Assembly: GCA_030390025.1 (NCBI GenBank)
Contig: CM059431.1
Location: 101,868,001-101,932,000, forward strand
Origin: Squalus acanthias
Lineage: Eukaryota
Length of the DNA: 64,000 bases
Direction of reading: 5' to 3'
Part shown: piece by piece, positions 1 through 12,545 of the stretch
Position numbering within the stretch: the stretch's first letter is position 1
Layout: each line of letters starts with the position of its first letter
Program-made: the position numbers and the translations under genes
The notes under the pieces: generated by a model
Seen by the model: only the letters and a program-made list of their open reading frames with translations
The model's database searches: none
Told to the model about the DNA's origin: nothing

Positions 1-223
1 TTCTACTCAAAACCACTCTTTTCAACCAAACTTTTGGGCGCCTCTCCTAATCTCACCGTCTACAACTCAGGTGTCCATTCCCCCCATCTACTTCCATCGT
101 GAAAACCTTCGGCGTCTCTTGACATTAACAGCACTATTATAAAAACAAGTTGTAGTTGGTGACGTATGAAAATAGAAAATCAAACCTAAGCATTCAACAA
201 GGTCTACTAATGAAGGAAGGAAA

Positions 224-626
224 GATTGAACAGGCTGGGGCTCTTTTCTCTAGAAAAGAGAAGGCTGAGGGGCGACCTGATAAGAGATCTTTAAAATTAT
301 GAAAGGATTTGATAGGGTAGACGTAGAGAAGATGTTTCCACTTGTGGGGGAGACCAGAACTAGGGGCCATAAATATAAGATAGTCACTAATAAATCCGAT
401 AGGGAATTCAGGAGAAACTTCTTTACCCAGAGAGTGGTGAGAATGTGGAACTCGCTACCATAGGGAGTGGTTGAGGCGAATAGCATAGATACATTTAAGC
501 GGAACCTAGATAAACACATGAGGGAGACAGGAATAGGGTGAGATGCGGTAGGGGTGGGAGGAGGCTCGTGTGGAGCATAAACACCGGCACGGACCAGTTG
601 GGCCGAATGGCCTGTTTTTGTGCTGT
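224..626 (+). mobile_element. CR1-type LINE 3' fragment
   Basis: LGLFSLEKRRLRGDL...FFTQRVVRMWNSLP coding remnant plus the shared 3' UTR. Confidence 0.85.
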
Positions 627-759
627 CTGATTCTCTGTTGCAGATTGAGCCAATGAAAACAGGAAGGTCTCGAGTGTAATCTGTGCCAAGTTAGCTGATA
701 TCAGCTGTAGTGGCAGTGAGAGGTAGAGGACGTACTCTCAGGTACTGAGAAGTGTAGTG

Positions 760-1475
760 TGACAGAGGGACCTTGGAGTGCATGTCCACAGATCCCTGCA
801 GGTAGCAGGACAGGTAGATAAGGTGGTTAAGAAGGCATACGGGATACTTGCTTTTATTAGCCGAGGCATAGAATATAAGAGCAGGGAGGTTAAGCTTGAA
901 CTGTATAAAACTAGTTAGGCCACAGCTAGAGTACTGCGTGCAGTTCTGGTCACCACATTACAGGAAGGATGTGATTGCACTGGAGAGGGTACAGAGGAGA
1001 TTTACAAGGATGTTGCCAGGACTGGAGAATTTTAGCTATGAGGAAAGATTGGATAGGCTGGGGTTGTTTTCTTTGGAACAGAGGAGGTTGAGGGGAGATT
1101 TAATTGAGGTGTATAAAATGATGAGGGGCCGAGATAGAGTGGATAGGAAGGACCTATTTCCCTTAGCAGAGAGGTCAGTAACCAGGGGGCATAGATTTAA
1201 AGTAATTGGTCGGAGGTTTAGAGGGAATTTGAGGAGAACTTTTTTCACCCAGAGGGTGGTGGGGGTCTGGAACTCACTGCCTGAAAGGGTGGTAGAGGCA
1301 GAAACCCTCATCACATTTAAAAGGCACTTGGATATGCACTTGAAGTGTCGTAACCTACAGGGCTACGGACCAAGAGCTGGAAAGTGGGATTAAGCTGGAT
1401 AGCTCCTTTTTGGTCGGCACAGACACGATGGGCCGAATGGCCTCCTTCTGTGCCGTAAACGTCTATGGTTCTATG
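760..1475 (+). mobile_element. CR1-type LINE 3' fragment
   Basis: ORF 896-1393 [13 protein letters not shown]...WNSLPERVV; CTATG tail. Confidence 0.9.
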
Positions 1476-1546
1476 AATTAATCTCGGCATTCCCTAACTA
1501 GTGAGGGAAAATTGGTCAGTGTTCCTGATTCACATAGCTGTGAAAC

Positions 1547-1900
1547 AACAGCAACAACTTGCATTTATATAGCGCCTTTAACGTAGTAAAATGTCCCAGG
1601 GTGCTTCACAGAAGCGATTATCAAACAAAAATTTGACACTGAGGCACATAAGGAGATATTGGGGCAGGTGAACAAAAGCTTAGTTAAAGAGGTAGGTTTT
1701 AAGGGGCGTCTTAAAAGGAGGAGAGAGAGAGAGGCGGAGAGGTTTAAGGAGGGAATTCCAGAACTTAGGGCCCAGGCAGCTGAAGGCACGACCACCAATG
1801 GATCAGCGATGAAAATCGGGGATGCTCAAGAGGCCAGAATTAGAGGAGCGCAGAGATCTCAGAGGGTTGTGGGGCTGGAGGAGGTTACAGAGATAGGGAG
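1547..1900 (-). mobile_element. L2-type LINE 3' end
   Basis: Minus strand GGRAFSCLGPKFWNSLP...FKT.LKTYLF and tail AAAGGCGCTATATAAATGCAAGTTGTTG. Confidence 0.85.
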
Positions 1901-3249
1901 TGAGCACTTGCTGCAAATGTTCTTGTGTGGATGTTGGGTTAGGACAAGCTTAGCTTTTGATTTATGATGGCTCACAAGAGTGAATAGCCTGTTGGAGCAG
2001 ACTGTGAAGGCTCACTCATGACAAACTGATGAAGGTCCTGCAGGGCTGCTTATATCCATAGAACTGTACCTGAACAGAATTCACCTTCCGGGTGAGGGTA
2101 GTAAGGGTTACGGAACCAAGGCGGGCAGATGGAGTTAAGATCCAGATCAGCCCGTGATCTCCTTGAACAACGGAACAGGCTCGAGGGGCTGAATGGCCTC
2201 TTCCTGTTCCTATGTTCTTAAGAGAGAGAGGAAATAGGGCAGAAACAACCTAGCAGAAGGCAGCACAGTTGTATAATGTCGGTAAATGGAAGTGTTTCTT
2301 GTATCTTGTTGGAATAAAGATACAGAAAAGCTTCACTTGGATTTTTACGGCAAGTTTGTGTATTGAATTGAATTGCAGGACAGACAATGCTGACAACCTT
2401 TGGCTCACTTGTCTCGCAGACCATTAATCACAGTTTCGGGTTGTTTCTCTCTTGTTGATTGTTGGTGGGACCAATTTCGCAGTGTGGAGGCCACTGCAGC
2501 AACAAACCTATATCAGTTAACAATTCACAGAACGTTTTGTTCAAGGTCACTCTCGGGTCTGAATGAAGCATCGTAAAATGCAAATGCCTTTGTGTCTCAA
2601 TCGCATCCGGGAGCAGCTCAGTACCTGACCGGCGCAACTGTCTGCAGTCAATGCAAAGTTCAGCCCAGTAACTCTTGCATTCTTCAGCATTTTTTTTTTC
2701 TCGGATCTTTCTCGTGTCTTCAGCACGAAAGGGCCACTCCCTTATCAGGCAGCCCTCACTCCGTACGGACTGAAGTGTGACCTTGTGTGTACAATAGTGT
2801 GGTGGTGCTGCCCCCGGAGCTCGGACAGAAATCCTTGTTCCTGTATTTAACGTGGCGGGTGGCGTTGAGCCTTGTCGCGATGCGCGGCGGCGCCTCTCGG
2901 CTCGGTTCAGCCGCTTGCTCCTGGTGCTCTTGCGTAGATTCGTCAGAAGGTCATGAGCTGGATGGGAGCGACTTTCTAAGCTGCTGCCCTGGTGGGTGTT
3001 ACTGTTTTACTGTCAGAAAGTGGGCAGCTGCACAGCTTAAAAGAATACTGCCCGCCCTGAGCCAATAGCACAAAAGTACCATGTGTGTTTTGTTTTTAAC
3101 TCTGCCACAGTTCAGGCTTGCGCTTCTGAGAAATAAAATAAAGCAATTCTCTTATTTTGTGGCGTCAGGATCTTGAAAGTGTTTGTGAATCTGCAAACTT
3201 TCCTCCCCAACACCAGTTAACCCCATCTGGGTATCCTGTCTACAATAAC

Positions 3250-3620
3250 TAAGAACATAAGAATCAGGAGCAGGAGTCGGCCATTCGGCCCCTCGAGCCT
3301 GCTCCGCCATTCAATAAGATCGTGGCTGATCATCGACCTCAACTCCACTTTCCCGCCCGACCTCCATATCCCTTGATTCCCCTAGAGTCCAAAAATCTAT
3401 TGATCTCTGTCTTGAATATACTCAAAGACTCAGCATTCACAGCCCTCTGGGGCAGAGAATTCCAAAAATTCACAACCCTCTGAGTGAAGAAATTCCTCCT
3501 CATCTCAGTCCTAAATGGCCGACCCCTTATCCTGAGACTGTGGCCCCTGGTTCTGGACTCCCCGGCCAGGGGAAACAACCTCTCAGCATCTACCCTGTCA
3601 GTCCCCCTCAGAATCTTATG
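3250..3620 (-). mobile_element. CR1-type LINE 3' fragment
   Basis: ORF 3339-3578 [18 protein letters not shown]...WNSLP; a similar fragment lies at 4236-4533. Confidence 0.88.
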
Positions 3621-4619
3621 TTGAACTTTGTGGTGTGATAGACATAGCTCAGATTTAGCACCGCCACATTTTCACAGCAGACTCCTAAGTAAGATGGAGT
3701 AACACACTTATCATTATAAAATAGTTGGAATCCAACTGACAGTGGGCAGCGCCAACTGCGAGTATAATATAAATATATACTTTGTAGCTAGGTCTATCTC
3801 TGTAACCTCCTCCAGACCCACAACCCTCCGAGTTCTCTGCGCTCCTCTGATTCTGGCCTCTTGTCCATCCCCAATTTTCATCGCTCCACCATTGACGGCC
3901 GTGCCTTCAGCTGCCTGGGCCCTGGAACTCCCTCCCTAAACCTCTCCACCTCTCTCCCCTCCTTTAAGACGCTCCTTAAAACCTTCCCTCTTTGACCAAG
4001 CTCTCGGTCACCCGTCCTTTTGCGGCTTGACCTCAAATTTTGGGACGTTTTGCCACGTTAAAGGCGCAATATACATGAAAGTAGTTGTTGTCTTAAGGTA
4101 ACCGCTGGCCAGCGATGAACTGCATTGCACAGGAACTAGCCTTTGAAGTCTACACCTGGGAGACTCCTTTCATCCACGAGTTAGCGTGAAATAATTACCT
4201 GTCGTTTCCAAAGGCATTCAGATTGCAGTGCATTTGAACATAAGAATTAGGGGCAGGAGTCGGCCATTCGGCCCCTCGAGCCTGCTCCGCCATTCAATAA
4301 CATCATGGCTGATCTGATCTTGGCCTCAACTCCACTTTCCCGCCCGCTCCCCATAACCGTCGACTCCCCTGTAGCTCAAATATCTGTCCTCCGCCTTGAA
4401 TATATTCAGTGACTCCACCTCCACAGCTCTCTGGGGAAGAGAATTCCAGAGATTTCCCGACCCTCTGAGAGAAGAAATTCCTCCTCATCTCCGCCTTAAA
4501 TGGGCGACCCCCTTATCCTGAGACTGTGCCCCCCTTTAGATCAGTGATTTTGTGAGGAACTTGTAACATCTATCTTTGGTGGAATGTTTCTGATTAAAAT
4601 TATGTTGCATCTTCCTTAG

Positions 4620-4810
4620 CTATGCACTACTTTCCCTATGTGAAGAAGCGCATTCCTGTCATGTACCAACAGCATGTCGATCTGAACCCTATTGAGGTTG
4701 CAATCGATGAAATGAGCAATAAAGTCACAGAACTCCAAATATTGTGCTCGTCTTCTGACGTTGATATGATCAAGTTACAGCTGAAACTCCAGGGCAGTGT
4801 CATTGTACAG
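4620..4810 (+). CDS. DOCK9: DOCK9 (zizimin1) coding exon, DHR-2 GEF domain
   Basis: ttccttAG|C acceptor and CAG|GTGATT donor; encodes [63 protein letters not shown], recognisable DOCK-D subfamily DHR-2 sequence. Confidence 0.95.
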
Positions 4811-4847
4811 GTGATTATTTTTTTAATTATATATTTATATATAAACT

Positions 4848-5265
4848 GGGGTAGAGTTTCCTCATTGGGTAACATCGGGAAACTGCGCCCAAAATGCGCT
4901 TGAAATTGTGCTGGTTAGGTTACTGAACCATTTAATAGTTTCGTGGGTGGACACAGGTCAGTGTCTTAGTAAATTAAATTGCTTTGATATGTAAAAACTG
5001 TTTAAAACGAGCCGACTTCTCCCCGTGCGCCTCAGACAGTGAGCGCGATTTGAAGAGCCTTCCTGAACCGGCGGAATCTCGCGTTGTCGACCCTGGGGGG
5101 CGGGGCCTGATTCAGCACGAATGGAATCTCGAACCAGCGGAAAAGATCGGGGAAAACACGAGCGTGAGTGGTTTTGGGCGTAACTCACCTAGGTTTAAAA
5201 TTCCCCGGTCTTTAGCGCCGGTTCCGTCCGGATTGCGCTGATCGAGCGAGCGGGAACACAACCCC
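4848..5265. mobile_element. Probable MITE
   Basis: Degenerate TIRs GGGGTAGAGTTTCC / GGGAACACAACCCC around CpG-rich non-coding sequence. Confidence 0.45.
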
Positions 5266-5699
5266 AATGTATTCACTGCAAGGTTTTTCAGGTTAGATGT
5301 GAAATTTGGTGTCTGTTGGCTAGCCTGGGCTCCAAGCCTTTCAATCGTTCATTGTAAAAAAAAAACCCAGAGAATAAAGCACTCGGGAGAAATGCAGTGA
5401 GAGAGGGTCGGAGAGAAGAGCAGTACACCAGACGATAGACCGAGATCAGGTACAGAAATAGTAAAGGGTCAGAGCGGAGCGATGAGAGTTGGACAGCAGC
5501 ACAGGGAATGTTGTAGACTTTTCAGTAACTGGCCTTGTAAGATGAGAAAAGTAACTTGTTTGTTATCAATAATGTCAGGGAACCAGCAATAAGATCATGA
5601 TACCTCGATAACATGCTTAAAATATAGTTTGAACAGCAATGAACCATTACTGGAATCAATACACGTAGTTTATAAAAGATGAGTGACACAAATGGGGTT

Positions 5700-8600
5700 A
5701 TATATATGTATAATATATTAGATATTAGAGAGATATGGCGATATTAGAGAGATATAGATATATTTAGAGAGATATGGGTATTAGAGATATGGATATATTT
5801 AGAGATATATTAAAGAGATATGGATATATTTAGAGATATATTAGAGAGATGGATATATTTAGAGATACATTAGAGAGATATGGATATATTTAGAGATACA
5901 TTAGAGAGATATGGATATATTTAGAGAGATATGGGTATTAGAGATATGGATATATTTAGAGAGATATTATAGAGATATGGATATATTTAGAGATATATTA
6001 AAGAGATATGGATATATTTAGAGATACATTAGAGAGATATGGATATATTTAGAGAGATATGGGTATTAGAGATATGGATATACTTAGAGAGATATAGAGA
6101 TATGGATATATTTAGAGATACATTAGAGAGATATGGATATATTTAGAGATATATTAAAGAGATATGGATATATTTAGAGATACGTTAGAGAGATATGGAT
6201 ATATTTAGAGATATATTAGAGAGATATGGATATATTTAGAGATATATTAAAGCGATATGGATATATTTAGAGATACATTAGAGAGATATGGATATATTAG
6301 AGAGATATGAATATATTTAGAGAGATGGGTATTAGAGATATGGATATATTTAGAGATACATTAGAGAGATACGGATATATTTAGAGATATATTAGAGAGA
6401 TGGATATATTTAGAGATACATTAGAGAGATGGATATATTTAGAGATACATTAGAGAGATATGGATATATTTAGAGAGATATGGGTATTAGAGATATGGAT
6501 ATATTTAGAGAGATATTATAGAGATATGGATATATTTAGAGATATATTAAAGAGATATGGATATATTTAGAGATATATTAGCGAGATATGGATATATTTA
6601 GAGATATATTAGAGCGATATGGATATATTTAGAGAGATATGGGTATTAGAGATATGGATATATTTAGAGAGATATAGAGATATGGATATATTTAGAGATA
6701 TATTAAAGAGATATGGATATATTTAGAGATATATTAGAGAGATATGGATATATTTAGAGATATATTAAAGAGATATGGATATATTTAGAGATATATTAGA
6801 GAGATATGGATATATTTAGAGATATATTAGAGAGATATGGATATATTTAGAGAAGAGAGATATGGATATATTTAGAGAGATGGATATTAGAGATATGGAT
6901 ATATTTAGAGATACCACTAGAGAGATATGGATATATTTAGAGATATATTAGAGAGAATGGATATATTAGAGATATATTAGAGAGATATGGATATATTTAG
7001 AGATACATTAGAGAGATATGGATATATTTAGAGAGATATGGGTATTAGAGATATGGATATATTTAGAGAGATATGGGTATTAGAGATATGGATATATTTA
7101 GAGATATTAAAGAGATATGGATATATTTAGAGATAATTAGAAGAGATATGGATATATTTAGAGATATATTAGAGAGATGGATATATTTAGAGATATATTA
7201 GAGAGATATGGATATATTTAGAGATATATTAAAGCGATATGGATATATTTAGAGATACATTAGAGAGATATGGATATATTAGAGAGATATGAATATATTT
7301 AGAGAGATGGGTATTAGAGATATGGATATATTTAGAGATACATTAGAGAGATACGGATATATTTAGAGATATATTAGAGAGATGGATATATTTAGAGATA
7401 CATTAGAGAGATGGATATATTTAGAGATACATTAGAGAGATATGGATATATTTAGAGAGATATGGGTATTAGAGATATGGATATATTTAGAGAGATATTA
7501 TAGAGATATGGATATATTTAGAGATACATTAGAGAGATATGGATATATTTAGAGAGATATGGGTATTAGAGATATGGATATATTTAGAGAGATATTATAG
7601 AGATATGGATATATTTAGAGATATATTAAAGAGATATGGATATATTTAGAGATATATTAGCGAGATATGGATATATTTAGAGATATATTAGAGCGATATG
7701 GATATATTTAGAGAGATATGGGTATTAGAGATATGGATATATTTAGAGAGATATAGAGATATGGATATATTTAGAGATATATTAAAGAGATATGGATATA
7801 TTTAGAGATATATTAAAGAGATATGGATATATTTAGAGATATATTAAAGAGATATGGATATATTTAGAGATATATTAGAGAGATAGGGATATATTTAGAG
7901 ATATATTAGAGAGATATGGATATATTTAGAGAGATATGGGTATTAGAGATATGGATATATTTAGAGAGATATAGAGATATGGATATATTTAGAGATATAT
8001 TAAAGAGATATGGATATATTTAGAGATATATTAAAGAGATATGGATATATTTAGAGATATATTAGAGAGATAGGGATATATTTAGAGATATATTAAAGAG
8101 ATATGGATATATTTAGAGATATATTAAAGAGATATGGATATATTTAGAGAGATATTATAGAGATATGGATATATTTAGAGATATATTAAAGAGATATGGA
8201 TATATTTAGAGATATATTAGCGAGATATGGATATATTTAGAGATATATTAGAGAGATATGGATATATTTAGAGAGATATGGTATTAGAGATATGGATATA
8301 TTTAGAGAGATATAGAGATATGGATATATTTAGAGATATATTAAAGAGATAGGGATATATTTAGAGATATATTAAAGAGATATGGATATATTTAGAGATA
8401 TATTAGAGAGATATGGATATAGTTAGAGATATATTAGAGAGATATGGATATATTTAGAGAGATATGGGTATTAGAGATATGGATATATTTAGAGATATAT
8501 TAAAGAGATATGGATATATTTAGAGATATATTAGAGAGATAGGGATATATTTAGAGATATATTAAAGAGATATGGATATATTTAGAGATATATTAAAGAG

Positions 8601-9215
8601 ATATGGATATATTTAGAGATATATTAGAGAGATATGGATATATTTAGAGATATATTAGAGAGATATGGATATATTTAGAGATATATTAGAGAGATATGGA
8701 TATAGTTAGAGATATATTAAAGAGATATGGATATATTTAGAGATATATTAGAGAGATATGGATATATTTAGAGATATGGATATATTTAGAGATATATTAG
8801 AGAGATATGGATATAGTTAGAGATACATTAGAGAGATGTGGATATATTTAGAGATACATTAGAGAGATATGGATATATTAGAGAGATATTAGAGAGATAT
8901 GGATATATTTAGAGATATATTAAAGAGATATGGATATATTTAGAGATATATTAGAGAGATATGGATATATTTAGAGATATTAGAGAGATATGGATATATT
9001 TAGAGATGCATTAGAGAGATATGGATATATTTAGAGATACATTAGAGAGATATGGATATATTAGAGAGATATGGATATATTTAGAGAGATATATTAGAGA
9101 GATATGGATATATTAGAGAGATATATTAGAGATATGGATATATTACAGAGATATATTAGAGAGATATGGATATATTTAGAGAGATATGGATATAGAGAGA
9201 TATATTAGATATCTA
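5700..9215. repeat. About 3.5-kb minisatellite, unit about 31 bp, GGATATATTTAGAGATATATTAGAGAGATAT
   Basis: Directly visible tandem array in a DOCK9 intron; + strand almost devoid of C. Confidence 0.98.
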
Positions 9216-9348
9216 TATATCTCTATCTTGAGAGGTAATTATAAATGGTATACATGGATGATTTATCTTGTGAAAATGGCCCACTTTGTGTTGCAGTAAT
9301 TGCAGTCAGACAGTAATGAGCGCAATGCTTGTTTGCTTATTCCGTTAG

Positions 9349-9449
9349 GTAAATGCTGGGCCATTGGCGTACGCACGGGCTTTCCTCGAGGAAGCCAATG
9401 TGAAAAAGTATCCCGACAACAAAGTGAAACAACTGAAGGAAGTCTTCAG
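9349..9449 (+). CDS. DOCK9: DOCK9 coding exon (DHR-2, VNAGP nucleotide-sensor region)
   Basis: ccgttAG|GTA...[44 protein letters not shown](R); phase-compatible with both flanking exons. Confidence 0.95.
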
Positions 9450-9578
9450 GTAAGGCCGGCATTTCGGAGCTGTTATGATGGAAGAGGACGAGACGTGGTT
9501 TTAGGTTTCACAGTACAAAAAATGTCGGGACCTGCTGCCGATCGGTCTGCGTCAATGGGTTGCTTTCTGTGTTCACAG

Positions 9579-9717
9579 GCAGTTTGTTGAGGCTTGTGGG
9601 CAAGCCTTGATCGTAAACGAACGTTTGATCAAGGAAGATCAGGTAGAATACCAAGAGGAAATGAAGGCAAACTACAGAGAAATGGTTCGCGAGCTGTCCG
9701 ACATCATGCGTGAGCAG
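9579..9717 (+). CDS. DOCK9: DOCK9 coding exon
   Basis: ttcacAG|G...GAGCAG|GTGAGT after a 129-nt intron; [46 protein letters not shown]. Confidence 0.95.
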
Positions 9718-9840
9718 GTGAGTTTAGGTTCTAAACCAGGTTTGAAACACCTACAGGATCATAGAATAGAACAGCACAGAAGGAGGCCATTCGGCCCATC
9801 GAGTCTGCGCCGCCTCTTTCGAAAAGCTCTCCAATTAGTC

Positions 9841-9997
9841 CCACACCCCACATCCCCTCCCCCGCACCCCCCCTCCCCGCACCCCCACTTCCCCCCTACT
9901 CCACACATCCCCTCCCCCACATCCCCTCCCCCCCCACATCCCCTCCCCCCGCACCCCCTCCCACACACCTCCCCTCCCCCACACACCCCCCTCCCCC
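9841..9997. repeat. C-rich degenerate tandem repeat
   Basis: CCCCCACATCCCCT-like units inside a CR1 3' UTR remnant. Confidence 0.9.
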
Positions 9998-10099
9998 ACA
10001 GCTCCTTCCCCAAATCCCTGCAATCTTTTCCTCCTTCAAGTATTTATCCAATTCCCATTCGAAAGCTACTATTGAACCTGTTAGGAGTTGCAAATATGA

Positions 10100-10710
10100 A
10101 TTCACCTCTGATTGTCTTACTGCAATTATATAGGGCCCTGGTGAGACCACACCTAGAGTATTGTGTACAGTTTTGGTCTCCTTACCTAAGGAAGGATATA
10201 CATGTCAGAGAGGGAGTGCAACGAAGGTTCACCAGACTGATTCCTGGGATGGGGGGATTGTCCTATGAGGACAGATTGAGTAGACTGGGCCTATATTCTC
10301 TAGAGTTTAGAAGAATGAGAGGTGATCTCATTGAAACATACAAAATCCTTACAGGGCTTGACAGGGTAGATGCAGGGAGGATGTTTCCCCTGGCTGGGGA
10401 GTCTAGAACCAGGGGTCACAGTCTCAGAATAAGGGGTCGGCCATTTAGGATTGAGATGAGGAGACATTTCTTCACTCAGAGGGTGGTGAATCTTTGGAAT
10501 TCTCTACCCCAGAGGGCTGTGGATGCTCAGTCGTTGAGTATATTCAAGACAGAGATCGATAGATTTTTGAATATTAAGGGAATCAAGGGATATGGGGTTA
10601 GTGCAGGAAAGTGGAGTTGAGGTAGAAGATCAGCCATGATCTTATTGAATGGCGGAGCAGGCTCGAAGGGCCAAATGGCCGACTCCTGCTCCTATTTCTT
10701 ATGTTCTTAT
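10100..10710 (+). mobile_element. CR1-type LINE 3' fragment
   Basis: [19 protein letters not shown]...AGKWS plus 3' UTR ending TTCTTATGTTCTTAT. Confidence 0.9.
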
Positions 10711-11110
10711 TGCAATGTATGATGAGAACAGAGTCGGTATTTACATTCTGAGTGGAAAGGGAATATTGTTTCCACTACATCAACTATCCAAATGGAGTTC
10801 TTCGATATATATTTTACAAAAAACTTCAAGAATAAGCAGACCATATTCCAAACGGATTTTGTTATGGTTGATTTTGTTTCTTCTGCAAATTGCCCTTAGG
10901 CAGCCCAACATCCCCAACCCAATTCTGAATGAAATGGGCAGTCCCTCTGTAGCAATAACTTCTGATGGGTCATTTGGGAATATAATTTAGTGAAAATATT
11001 TGAGGGGGTCGGTGCGAGTATTGACATTGAGTAAAACATGTCCCATGACGACCTTTTGTATTCCTAGCGGGAATATCTTTTTTTGCACAGCGTATTTACT
11101 TTATTCAAAA

Positions 11111-11578
11111 AAGAATGTCTTGCATTGATATAGCGCCTTTCATGACCACCGGACGTCTCAAAGCGCTTTACAGCCAATGAGGTGCTTTTTGAAATGTAGT
11201 CACTGTTGTAATGTGGGAAACGCGGCAGCCAATTTGCGCACAGCAAGCTCCCACAAAGTGCAATGTGATAACGACCAGATAATCTGTTTTTGTTATGTTG
11301 GTTGAGGGATAAATATTGGCCAGGACACCGGGGAGAACTCCCCTGCTCTTCTTCGAAATCGTGCCGTGGGATTTTTTACGTCCACCTGAGAGAGTAGACG
11401 GGGCCTCGGTTTAATGTCTCACCCGAAAGACAGCACCTCCGACACTGCGGCACTCCCTCAGCACTGGCACTGGGAGTGTCAGCCTAGCTTTTTGTGCGCA
11501 AGTCCCTGGAGTGGGACTTGAACCCACAACCTTCTGACTCAGAGGCGAGTGTGCGACCCACTGAGCCACAACTGACAC
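11111..11578 (-). mobile_element. Full-length Deu-domain SINE
   Basis: Reverse complement of the 42342-42800 family. Confidence 0.85.
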
Positions 11579-11882
11579 CAAAGCATGTTGTTTTAAATTC
11601 TAAATTAGAATGACTAAGGATTAAGTTCTTGATTGTAAGAAGACGCTAAGGGACATTGTTGGGACTTACTGGGCTAGGTCATAAAATAGGAGTACATCAG
11701 TGTACACAAGCCCATCAACGGCCGAAAATTAGATGTCTTCATCACGCATTCATTCAGCTTCCACCTGCAGGTAGAATATGTGCCTCCTCCTGTCAACCAT
11801 ACGGCGCAGAAGGAGGCCATTCGGCCCATCGTGCCTGTGCCGGCTCTTTGGAAAAGCTCTCCAATCAGTCCCGCCCCACAGC

Positions 11883-12039
11883 CAATGTTCTCTTTAATTT
11901 TTCTTTTGGGGTGCGCGGCCCCTTTAATGGGCTGCGCGAACCTTAAAATTTCCGCGCGTGCGCAGTTTTTCCCACAGTGAAGCCGGCAAGCGGCCTGCGC
12001 GAGACGTCCATACAGCCGCTCAGCTTAACGGGAACATTG
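11883..12039. mobile_element. Small TIR element (possibly hAT-type MITE)
   Basis: CAATGTTCTCTTTAA / TTAACGGGAACATTG inverted termini; TSD not clean. Confidence 0.5.
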
Positions 12040-12545
12040 CCCGCGGGTTGTCCCTGCACCTTTTTCCTTTGGTTTTAAAAGTAAACAGGTGGGGCTATTG
12101 AGAGCAGTTGTCAGACGTACCTGTCGTTCTTAGGAACTCGTTTTCCGACAAAGAAATCCCTCTGTCTTCCAACCAGCCAGGTTTGGAGATTGTCCATGCA
12201 AATTCAGGCAAAGTGCGATATGCCGGATCAGTATTTCCGTGTGTCCTGATCCGAGACCATGATCTGTCTTGGTCCTTACTGTATGCAGGTAGATTAGTGT
12301 GTTTCAGCAGCACCTTCTCATTTTATTAGGGGTTCAGATTCCCTTGCCTTGTGTTCTTTGCTTTTGAGAACATGTGGACATTCCTGGGGACAGCGGCCAC
12401 AGGACAAACTGGGACCCAGAATAAACCTGGCTCGGTGTGCTTTGCAAATTAGTTGCTACCTGGCAAGATGCCTCATAATTCTAGTGCGCAAAGGAAATAA
12501 AAACTATTTGATTTTAACACAGAGGTAAGTATCTTCAAACACATA

